Positions 56,522 to 64,000 of a stretch of DNA of 64,000 bases are shown piece after piece. Every line of letters starts with the position of its first letter. Position 1 is the first letter of the stretch. The notes below the pieces were generated by a model. That model saw nothing but the letters and a program-made list of their open reading frames with translations. It was not told the DNA's origin and did no database searches. The position numbers and the translations under genes are program-made. The DNA is taken from the sequence record PP496439.1; one strand, written 5' to 3'.

Positions 56522-57445
56522 ATGACCAAAAGTACTTCAGCTAACCAGAAGCAATTGAAAGACGTAGTTAGCTCACCGAAGCCATTCAATACAAAGCTAG
56601 AGCTGTATGTAGAAGATCATTTGTATTTCGATACGAAGAAGCCGTCGATCAAGGCGTCTTTCTCCGAGCTGGGGTTACAGCCGTTCGCCAAGGCACCGTC
56701 CAAAGGGTTCATCCCTAATCTGTCCAAGCTGGCCCGCTCCACCAACGGACCCGAACTGTTCCAGCATCTGGGCTCCCTCACCCAGAACCTAGATGCCAGC
56801 CAACTACGGCTGCTGTCCGTGGTGTTCAACAACATGGCGAAGATGGAAGCCCATGGCTTGAATTTCGGCCAGAAGGTTTACGTCAACGTCTCAAGCCCGC
56901 GCATCGAGTTCGTCGAGTGCTACGTCGAGGCCATCGTGATCGGCGTCGAGTCGGAACATCCAGAGTCTCCGGTGTTCCTGAGCGTAGCCTTCGAGAAGAT
57001 GGCGGCAGATGCTCCGATGTGTTGGTCAATGCCCACCAGTTCTTTCCTGACCGAACGCCAGTTCCGGCTGCTACGTAAGAGGCTGCGTGCGGAAGGCAAG
57101 ACCAGTGTACCGGACAAGATTCGCAAGGAACACTTGTGCTGGGAACGCGAGAACTTCGGTAAGCCGTCGAACCGGTTGTCCGTTGACGAGACTGTTCAAA
57201 CCATCGACACCGTCTCGGAGGACTGGCTCAACAGCAACGTCCTCTCCCTGCTTGATCCGTATGTGGATCCGACAGCACTGGAAGAGACCGAAGTGGCCGA
57301 TGTCGAAGTGGTTGAAGAGAAGAAGACGCGAACCCGTGGTCCACGGAATCGTCGTGCAGAAGATAAGCAGACGCTTAGCCAAACTAAGGTCAAGTCGTCT
57401 GGTTCAGTGAAGATGAGCAACAACAGCATCTCCATCGTTCACTGA
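56522..57445 (+). CDS. Hypothetical protein
   Basis: 307-aa ORF in the operon. Confidence 0.65.
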   Translation: MTKSTSANQKQLKDVVSSPKPFNTKLELYVEDHLYFDTKKPSIKASFSELGLQPFAKAPSKGFIPNLSKLARSTNGPELFQHLGSLTQNLDASQLRLLSVVFNNMAKMEAHGLNFGQKVYVNVSSPRIEFVECYVEAIVIGVESEHPESPVFLSVAFEKMAADAPMCWSMPTSSFLTERQFRLLRKRLRAEGKTSVPDKIRKEHLCWERENFGKPSNRLSVDETVQTIDTVSEDWLNSNVLSLLDPYVDPTALEETEVADVEVVEEKKTRTRGPRNRRAEDKQTLSQTKVKSSGSVKMSNNSISIVH

Positions 57446-57509
57446 TACCGATCCGCTGTATACCTTAAGTTGCTTATACCTTCAATACAACGAACCGAGA
57501 TTCTGATAC

Positions 57510-58589
57510 ATGAAGATTACAAATGTGCATTCCACCCTACTCAATCTTGGAGTTAACCGATCACTGCTGGAGCAAGCAGTTCAGGTTACATTGAGTGCGT
57601 TGATGCGACTGATCTCAGTTGACGCATACTGTAAGAAGATGAAGAAAGACTTCGGCATCGTGATGAACACTCAAGTGTTCAACGACACCTTCGACAACGG
57701 CTACTATCTGAAACATGTCAAGCTTTATCTGGCGTGGTGTGTCGGCAAGAAGCTGACGGACAGCATCGACATCCGCCGGGCAGGTCGCCAGTTCGAACTG
57801 GACGCCAAAGATCGTCAGCTGGTCAACCTGATGAAACCCGCCGACCACAAGATGGTACTGAGCAAGATCAATCCGGAAGTCGAACTGTACGCGTCACCCA
57901 AGGTGATGGACATCAAGATTGGTGCGGCCATCGACTCGCTGACAGATCACATCGGCAAGTTCACCAACAAGAAGTTGACCTTCACCACGAAGGGTACTGG
58001 CCGGGATAAGGATGACGTGCACAGTGATCTTCGTATCGCCGCGTTGCGTGCCGCCTACAAGACCTACCCGTTCCAGCTGTGTGACTTGCATCTCATCAAC
58101 TCGATGAAGTCTGCCATCCACAACGTCGGCATCAACCTGATCCAGTCCGCCACGACCAAGAGTCGTCAAGTGATGGTCAAGGAAGATGATGAGTTCATCA
58201 TGCTGCGCGAGAACTTCGACTTCTACGGCAGCCATAACGACGTGGCGTCGGTCGTGAGCAGTTGCGGGCTGGACGGGGGCGCCGCTATGGGCTCAGGCGG
58301 GTGTTCCACCACTGACAGCATTACGTATCAGCAGTTGGTGTCCCAAGTCAAAGGCCGGGCAGCACAGTTCCTCGTAATGCTGGCCGGTCACTACTCGGAA
58401 AGGTTCTCCGCGTACTTGCGACAGATCGGCATCAACAAAGACAATGATGAATGGTCCCAAGCAGTTCTCACCGGTCGGCGCACGTCCATCCAGCGCTACT
58501 GTGAGATCATCGCAGACTATTGCAAAGTCCCCCACGAGATTGCCAACAAACTGCTAGCAGGTTATCGCCAGCAGATGGCCGTAATGTAA
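57510..58589 (+). CDS. Candidate divergent sigma-factor-like protein
   Basis: RDKDDVHSDLRIAALRAAYKTYP...INSMKSAIHNVGINLIQSATTKSR resembles sigma region 2. Confidence 0.4.
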   Translation: MKITNVHSTLLNLGVNRSLLEQAVQVTLSALMRLISVDAYCKKMKKDFGIVMNTQVFNDTFDNGYYLKHVKLYLAWCVGKKLTDSIDIRRAGRQFELDAKDRQLVNLMKPADHKMVLSKINPEVELYASPKVMDIKIGAAIDSLTDHIGKFTNKKLTFTTKGTGRDKDDVHSDLRIAALRAAYKTYPFQLCDLHLINSMKSAIHNVGINLIQSATTKSRQVMVKEDDEFIMLRENFDFYGSHNDVASVVSSCGLDGGAAMGSGGCSTTDSITYQQLVSQVKGRAAQFLVMLAGHYSERFSAYLRQIGINKDNDEWSQAVLTGRRTSIQRYCEIIADYCKVPHEIANKLLAGYRQQMAVM

Positions 58590-58600
58590 GGAGAGCTGTC

Positions 58601-58816
58601 ATGCCCCGTATCGTAGTCCATCCCTCTGAGAGTCACTGGTTCAGGGGGTTAAAGTTCGCCGAGAAGTTGTATCTAAAAGATGGACTCACTTTAGAAGAAG
58701 TTGAGACGTGTCTGAATATCAACCGACGCGCCCTTCTCCGAGATGAAGAATACCTACGGGGCGTTGATGACTATCTGGGGTATGCCCGTGAGAAGCTCCG
58801 GGCTGTCCATCACTAA
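58601..58816 (+). CDS. Hypothetical protein (start corrected to MPRIVVH)
   Basis: AAGGAG RBS. Confidence 0.6.
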   Translation: MPRIVVHPSESHWFRGLKFAEKLYLKDGLTLEEVETCLNINRRALLRDEEYLRGVDDYLGYAREKLRAVHH

Positions 58817-58833
58817 TAAAAGAGGAAACGACC

Positions 58834-58971
58834 ATGCGTCGAGCCCAACGTACATCGCAAGGTTTCAAGAATGGTTCCCACAATCGTAAGATGAAGGACC
58901 ACCGTAAACAACTCAACCAACCTCAGACCGAAGTACCGAAGGTTTGGGAAGCACTGGCGGAACTGGCATGA
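58834..58971 (+). CDS. Small basic protein, 45 aa (below track cutoff)
   Basis: AAGAGGA RBS; MRRAQRTSQGFKNGSHNRK...; ATGA-coupled to the kinase. Confidence 0.5.
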   Translation: MRRAQRTSQGFKNGSHNRKMKDHRKQLNQPQTEVPKVWEALAELA

Positions 58972-59657
58972 AAGACTACACACTGATCGTAATCTCCGGC
59001 ACGCATCGCACCGGTAAGACCACCATGATGCAGGAGTTCGTCAAACAGAACCCTGAGTTCCAGATACTGCCGTTCACTGTGACCAACATCTGGCACAATG
59101 TGTTCGGCGACCGTCCGTACACCATGGATCTGGAACCCTATGATCGTCTGCTGCTCCAGTTCGGTCTGCTTAATGCGTGGATTATGTGTGTTACAGATCA
59201 CGTTGCCAAAGGTGGAAAGTGGATCGTTGATCGAGGTCCACTTGACTTCGCCACATACATGCGTCTCGGATTGATCGACTGCATGAACCACGATGTCAAT
59301 CTGCAAGCCGAACAGTTCGTGCTCAACTGCATCCAGGCCACGGCGGGGCTTGTCAGTTACGAAATCTTGGTCAGTCCTGTTCTGCACCGGATCAACGGTG
59401 ATATGGTAGAGGATGATGTCACGAAGCTCACCGGCAAGGTGGGGCTGATGAATCAGACGGTGTTCCATTCCATCCTGCGTGACGTGGCCCAAGACACCCT
59501 CCGGTCCAGCATCTGCAGCGGGTACTCGGTTGGGCAACTGATCAATCTGCAGGAGCTACCTACCGAGATCATTCATCTTGATGCTCGTGTCAATTGGCTT
59601 CGGGAGGTGATAGATGCCAAACAGAAAGGAAAGGCCCGCCTACAGCCAACCCGCTAA
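58968..59657 (+). CDS. P-loop nucleotide kinase-like protein (dNMP kinase/AAA_28-like)
   Basis: ISGTHRTGKTT Walker A; WIVDRGPLD. Confidence 0.75.
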   Translation: MKDYTLIVISGTHRTGKTTMMQEFVKQNPEFQILPFTVTNIWHNVFGDRPYTMDLEPYDRLLLQFGLLNAWIMCVTDHVAKGGKWIVDRGPLDFATYMRLGLIDCMNHDVNLQAEQFVLNCIQATAGLVSYEILVSPVLHRINGDMVEDDVTKLTGKVGLMNQTVFHSILRDVAQDTLRSSICSGYSVGQLINLQELPTEIIHLDARVNWLREVIDAKQKGKARLQPTR

Positions 59658-61146
59658 GGCGTTCTCCGTCGGCGTACGGTTACTGGGGCGCCTGTGGTGG
59701 GAGCCTGCCAGCGGCAAGCATCGGCGGTTCGCCACGGTCAATCTGCCCCACGCCGCGCTCACGCTGTACATGGCAGATAGTGCGGGTGGTACGCAACTGA
59801 GTGTGACCACCCGTCTGAGCCGCCGCACATCCAAGAAAGAGAAGAAGCCCAAGTCCGCGTATATAGACCTTGGACACTATCTCGACTACCAACATGCCAG
59901 CAAGGCAGCGCTTGGGAAGCTCAAAGAGTTTCTCGACAATAATCCGGAGCACTGTGTCATGCCTGAAGTCAACACCGCAACAAAGCTGGACATCACGCTG
60001 GATCAGATGAAGTCGTTACTCGACGCTGCCGGGGTGAAAGAACATACTGCTGACACCCTGTGCCGCGTGTTCATGCCGGTCCCAATCAAAGGTGATCCTA
60101 CCGATGGTCAGTCCAAACTCTCCATTGCGCTGGCAAAGCTGACCGACGACATCGACGCGATCTCCGGGATGTTCGACGCGGCAGAAGGTTTTACCGCCAT
60201 GGACTTCTGTCAGGCGGACGTGGCCTTCCAGAAGTTAATGCGACTGATCAACATCAAACCCCATGACCTGGACTCGGGTGGCGAAGAGATCAGCAAGTCG
60301 ATCAATCGTTTGGTCACCAGCATGTGGCGGTTCAAGATTGATCCGGCGCCCTATCTGCTGGAACTGGGTTTGGACCCAGATCAGTCCACTGTGCTTGCCA
60401 TGGAGAAGAAGCTGGTGGAAGTGTACGATGTTGAACCTGAGTTCACGCAGATGATGGAGTCCCAGTTGTCTAAGGCAGACATAGTTCGGGCTAACCAGCT
60501 TCGGTGGGGTTCAACAGACCTGAAACGTTACTTGCGAGACAACGGGTTACATATCCGTATGATCTTTAGCGACCCCGACAAAACCCCCTACGTAAAACGG
60601 TCCGTGTTCGTGTGCGATCTTGATGTCGTCAGCGTGGACGCGTTGGTAGATTCAGGTATTCTTTCGGCCAGTACCACTGAGCCTGATCTCATGTACCGAG
60701 CTTTCAACAGTCAGACGTGGAACCGTAAGCAAGCTCGTTACCTAGTCATCCAGAAAGAGACGTGGGATTTCCTTGATGCCAAAGGGTTAGAGTCCTTGGA
60801 AATTGAGGTAGCAGGATTACAACCGCATGTACTGGAAGGGTATGTTACACCGGAAAATGGAGAGTGGCCGGAAGATGTTGCCAACTATTTGGTAGACCTG
60901 GGATTCCGGAAACACGGGCATGCAGGTAGTGAATGTTACGTCATGCGACAACCATCTGGGATTAGCAAGAACGATTTCATTCGTAATCTGATCGACGCCC
61001 GTGTACTTCGGGTCGACGGTACAGGGCACTATGCCAAAGTACGAGCCTTCACCGACGGTTTCAAGTCGAAGATTTACAAGTCCGACATCGATGAGTATCT
61101 GATCCTCCACGTTGACAACTGGCAGACGTCGTCCACGGCGCGCTGA
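59614..61146 (+). CDS. Hypothetical protein
   Basis: 510-aa ORF ending at a terminator. Confidence 0.7.
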   Translation: MPNRKERPAYSQPAKAFSVGVRLLGRLWWEPASGKHRRFATVNLPHAALTLYMADSAGGTQLSVTTRLSRRTSKKEKKPKSAYIDLGHYLDYQHASKAALGKLKEFLDNNPEHCVMPEVNTATKLDITLDQMKSLLDAAGVKEHTADTLCRVFMPVPIKGDPTDGQSKLSIALAKLTDDIDAISGMFDAAEGFTAMDFCQADVAFQKLMRLINIKPHDLDSGGEEISKSINRLVTSMWRFKIDPAPYLLELGLDPDQSTVLAMEKKLVEVYDVEPEFTQMMESQLSKADIVRANQLRWGSTDLKRYLRDNGLHIRMIFSDPDKTPYVKRSVFVCDLDVVSVDALVDSGILSASTTEPDLMYRAFNSQTWNRKQARYLVIQKETWDFLDAKGLESLEIEVAGLQPHVLEGYVTPENGEWPEDVANYLVDLGFRKHGHAGSECYVMRQPSGISKNDFIRNLIDARVLRVDGTGHYAKVRAFTDGFKSKIYKSDIDEYLILHVDNWQTSSTAR

Positions 61147-61159
61147 CCGAGTGACCAAG

Positions 61160-61190
61160 AGCCCTGTGCCAGTACGGACGGGGCTTTTTT
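61160..61190 (+). terminator. Rho-independent terminator
   Basis: AGCCCTGT...ACGGGGCTTTTTT. Confidence 0.75.
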
Positions 61191-61207
61191 GCATCTGAAA
61201 ATAAATG

Positions 61208-61237
61208 TTGCACGCCGTAATGCCCATGTGCTATACT
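61208..61237 (+). promoter_or_regulatory. Sigma70-type promoter
   Basis: TTGCAC-18 bp-TATACT with TG extension. Confidence 0.6.
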
Positions 61238-61282
61238 GGAATCACGGGAACTCCCCGCCACTATCCCACTGAGGAAAACGCC

Positions 61283-61546
61283 ATGACTACTACCCAGATG
61301 AAAGCCCCAGCCCGCCCGGTCCAGTATCAGGTCGCTGTCGCCATTTTCATTACGTGCACCGCAATCTCCGTCGTGATCGGTTTGCACCACTTGTTCTGGA
61401 TGATGGTGTTCGGCTTCACCCCGGCAGGTGTGGTTGACTTTTCTTCACCGATCATCTTCGGCCATGCCAACGTCACCGCCCCACTCCTGATCGTCACGGC
61501 TCTGGTTGCCGTGTTCACTTGGCAGCTCGTTGACGTGGAGGCTTGA
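61283..61546 (+). CDS. Two-TM membrane protein (start corrected to MTTTQ)
   Basis: GAGGA RBS; two hydrophobic segments. Confidence 0.6.
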   Translation: MTTTQMKAPARPVQYQVAVAIFITCTAISVVIGLHHLFWMMVFGFTPAGVVDFSSPIIFGHANVTAPLLIVTALVAVFTWQLVDVEA

Positions 61547-61890
61547 TCATGGGCCATCGCAGCAAGTTCCCATCGCTGGACAAGCAGGCCCGTGAACTGG
61601 AAGCCATGCGCAAGTATCTGGGCTTGGGTACATCGGTCGTCACCCCGCTAGTCGAACAGAATCTGGTTCCAGTCACCACTGTCAAGCGGGCAGGTTGGAA
61701 CGTGAGCATGTGGATCATGCCGAAAGATGGATACGTCCCCGAGTTTCTGGAAGTGTTCATTACCCTCATGGACAGACAGCTCGCTTGGGACTCGGCGATT
61801 CAGTCGATCCCTAAGACCCACAAGCTGCACTTCATCGTTGACTGCATCTACGTTTACGAAGTCAAAGAATGGCACCCGGAGAACAACTGA
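61543..61890 (+). CDS. Hypothetical protein
   Basis: GGAGG RBS. Confidence 0.6.
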   Translation: MIMGHRSKFPSLDKQARELEAMRKYLGLGTSVVTPLVEQNLVPVTTVKRAGWNVSMWIMPKDGYVPEFLEVFITLMDRQLAWDSAIQSIPKTHKLHFIVDCIYVYEVKEWHPENN

Positions 61891-62147
61891 TGAATGCCCA
61901 AGAAAGAGCTGCACCCAAGTTCGTGATCAAGAAAGACGGAAAGTATCACGCCGGTTCTTCTTACGCCACGGGGTACGGCTACCGCAACAGCTGGAGCAAG
62001 ACGATCGAGGGTGCACGAATCTTCGTCCCGGCAAACTCCCGTGTTAATAGTGACGCCGGTGCGCTTGAGAATATCACCGCCCGGTTGAAAGGCAAGATCA
62101 TTCAAGTTACCCTCAATGCAGCTAACCGATACGTAGAGGTACTCTGA
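61890..62147 (+). CDS. Hypothetical protein (start corrected to MNAQER)
   Basis: TGATG coupling. Confidence 0.55.
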   Translation: MNAQERAAPKFVIKKDGKYHAGSSYATGYGYRNSWSKTIEGARIFVPANSRVNSDAGALENITARLKGKIIQVTLNAANRYVEVL

Positions 62148-62148
62148 C

Positions 62149-62577
62149 ATGCAACTGACCAATCAGCAACTGACCGCCCGTGAAAAAGAGTACTGTGTGA
62201 ACCGCTTGAAAGGTTACCGCAATGAGATCAAGACGCTGCGCAACTGGGAGCATCGGGACAAGGTCAAGCGGCCGCATCGCGTCCCTAGTCTTCGTGCACA
62301 GCGCATCAATGACATCCGCCGGGCGGTGTTCTACCGAGGCATCCTGCGCGGCACCGTTGAACTGCCGCTTGCCAATCTGGGCCACAACCGATTCATCACG
62401 CCCGCCGTGCCACTCGGATACACCATCACCCAGAACCGAGACGGCGTGTGGGGATGGGAGTCCGCCACTGCCCCCGAGTCGCATCGCAAGTCTGGCTTCG
62501 ATATGTATCTAGTGGCGCTAATGGATTGCGTCCGGGCACAAGGTCCGACCTACGCCGCTGCCGCCGTATCGTACTAA
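62149..62577 (+). CDS. Hypothetical protein
   Basis: GAGG RBS; ends at a terminator. Confidence 0.6.
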   Translation: MQLTNQQLTAREKEYCVNRLKGYRNEIKTLRNWEHRDKVKRPHRVPSLRAQRINDIRRAVFYRGILRGTVELPLANLGHNRFITPAVPLGYTITQNRDGVWGWESATAPESHRKSGFDMYLVALMDCVRAQGPTYAAAAVSY

Positions 62578-62582
62578 CAGAC

Positions 62583-62613
62583 AGCCCATGTGGTTTCGGC
62601 CCATGGGCTTTTT
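62583..62613 (+). terminator. Rho-independent terminator
   Basis: AGCCCATG...CATGGGCTTTTT. Confidence 0.8.
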
Positions 62614-62655
62614 CCTCTTTGTAAATAGTCCGCATAACCCAACGAGGTACCTGCT

Positions 62656-63147
62656 ATGAAATTTCCAACGACTAACGATGTGGTAGAGATGTTGACCAAC
62701 TCTGAATGGTATGTGATGACCATCGGATGGATACTTGTCTTCGTGATCGCCATGCAGTTCTCATGGATCCTCTGGAACGTGGTGCTCCGCTTCCTCAAGT
62801 GTTATGCTAGAGGGTTCAGCTTTGGGCTGATGACTACCTACGTGGCTATCCGTTCTGGCGCGCCGATCCAGTACGTCCTGTTCTATCTCTTGGTTGAGAC
62901 GATATTACTTGCACCTTTCCATTTTATACGAGAGGAGATGTTCTCTGGTGTTCATTACTCCAGTATGACTCTGGCCAACGGCGGTACATGGTCCGGGACC
63001 TTCCAGTGGTACATCCGTAAGGAGATAACCCGCAAAAGCTGGAACCAATGGGAAGCAGAGACGCTGGAGGAAAAAGCCAAGCGGGCAGAGATCGCTAAGC
63101 GTAACCGTGAAGACTATCTGCGTGACCCTGACAACTTCGACGTGTGA
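62656..63147 (+). CDS. Membrane protein
   Basis: Two to three hydrophobic segments; GTAAAT motif at 62621. Confidence 0.6.
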   Translation: MKFPTTNDVVEMLTNSEWYVMTIGWILVFVIAMQFSWILWNVVLRFLKCYARGFSFGLMTTYVAIRSGAPIQYVLFYLLVETILLAPFHFIREEMFSGVHYSSMTLANGGTWSGTFQWYIRKEITRKSWNQWEAETLEEKAKRAEIAKRNREDYLRDPDNFDV

Positions 63148-63156
63148 GATCCCCGA

Positions 63157-63834
63157 GTGAATATATTCTTCGTCCACGCTGATCCTGTTATTGCCGCAAG
63201 CATGCTCTGCGACCAGCATGTGACTAAGATGATAACCGAGTCAATCCAGATGCTGTGTACGGCGCACCGATGGTTCGGTAACGAAGATATGCCGTATGCC
63301 TCGATGAACCCGAACCATCGGTGCAACATCTGGGTCCGGGAGTCCACTGAGAACTATCGGTGGTTATGGCGGCACGCCCATGCGCTGGCGCTGGTGGCAG
63401 CGTCCCGATACGGGGCTGTACGCTCGCAGGCGGTGACTTTGTTGTCCCGACTGATCGATGCCCCGGCTGGCGTCGAACGCGGCGCCTTGACGATCCCAGC
63501 GGCTGCTATAAGTGAGCCGCCCGGTTCCCCAATCCCACCGGAGTACTTGCAAGCATGGCGGGAGAGTGTGGTGTGCTTCGAGTCTGCCGTCGTTGCTTAT
63601 CGCCAATTCTATGTTCAACAGAAGTCGGTGTTTGCTCGTTGGTCTGGTTCGGCACCCGCATGGTATATCCAAGGTTTGCGGCAGTACAGACTCATGCACC
63701 GACTTCGTGAACGAGACCCTAAACGACCGTGGCCGCGAGGCATGACCAAACCTGATACCTCAGTGCAATTTCGGTCGCACCCTACCCTAAGTGATTGGAA
63801 GCACTTCCCTAATGAACAAGAGGACCTTGTATGA
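63157..63834 (+). CDS. denV: Pyrimidine-dimer DNA glycosylase family (endonuclease V/DenV-like)
   Basis: MNIFFV...AASMLCDQHVTKMITESIQML...HRCNIWVRES..NYRWL. Confidence 0.75.
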   Translation: MNIFFVHADPVIAASMLCDQHVTKMITESIQMLCTAHRWFGNEDMPYASMNPNHRCNIWVRESTENYRWLWRHAHALALVAASRYGAVRSQAVTLLSRLIDAPAGVERGALTIPAAAISEPPGSPIPPEYLQAWRESVVCFESAVVAYRQFYVQQKSVFARWSGSAPAWYIQGLRQYRLMHRLRERDPKRPWPRGMTKPDTSVQFRSHPTLSDWKHFPNEQEDLV

Positions 63835-64000
63835 CGACCCCATTGACTGACGCCGAACTTCAGATGCTGGTTACGGCTGCACGTGATCAGATGGCTGACG
63901 TGATCACCCGACACTTGCGCACCGTACTGCTACCCCAGCATACCGGAACAGAGGCGGAACAAGCTCGTATCGTGGCAGAGGACTCCGGGATCGATCTGAT
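63831..64000 (+). CDS. Hypothetical protein, 5' part (runs off the window edge)
   Basis: ATGA-coupled; open frame MTTPLTDAELQML... to the end of the window. Confidence 0.55.
   Translation, partial: MTTPLTDAELQMLVTAARDQMADVITRHLRTVLLPQHTGTEAEQARIVAEDSGIDL

Noticed and set aside
1-64000. Stop-codon reassignment (as in some jumbo phages)
   Set aside because: Conserved genes (topoisomerase, sheath, KamA, helicase) are full length under the standard code.

Overview
This 64 kb window is a fragment of a large tailed (myovirus-type, probably jumbo) bacteriophage genome. Gene content and order recall the RSL1/PaBG/Lu11/Y3-like group, but that is from memory and not searched. No rRNA, tRNA, CRISPR array or transposase is evident. 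Left to right: (i) the 5' part of an NAD-dependent DNA ligase, an HExxH protein and a T4 gp57B/Acb1-like 2H phosphoesterase; (ii) a minus-strand virion block (neck-like proteins, tail tube, repeat-expanded sheath, major capsid, scaffold-like protein) interrupted by a plus-strand RuvC-like operon; (iii) a SWIM protein, a 928-aa PolA/T7-RNAP-superfamily polymerase-like gene and a ~770 bp non-coding, skew-switching candidate origin; (iv) small early-type genes, RNase H and a UvrD-like helicase; (v) a degenerate second LigA followed by a ~12 kb co-oriented enzyme cluster with two QueC-like PP-loop ATPases, four FemABX/GNAT-like paralogs, a PurD-like ATP-grasp ligase, two SAM methyltransferases and a lysine 2,3-aminomutase; (vi) type IIA topoisomerase subunits, a J-domain protein, HAD, HNH, a candidate divergent sigma factor, a P-loop kinase and a DenV-like glycosylase. 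The enzyme cluster in (v) is the best candidate for an undescribed system: it looks like a beta-amino-acid-based nucleic-acid hypermodification or peptidyl-nucleoside-like pathway. Three promoter classes can be read directly: sigma70-like, a recurrent GTAAAT motif, and GTATGTAATT upstream of two virion operons. All family calls are from motif recognition by eye; no database search was run.
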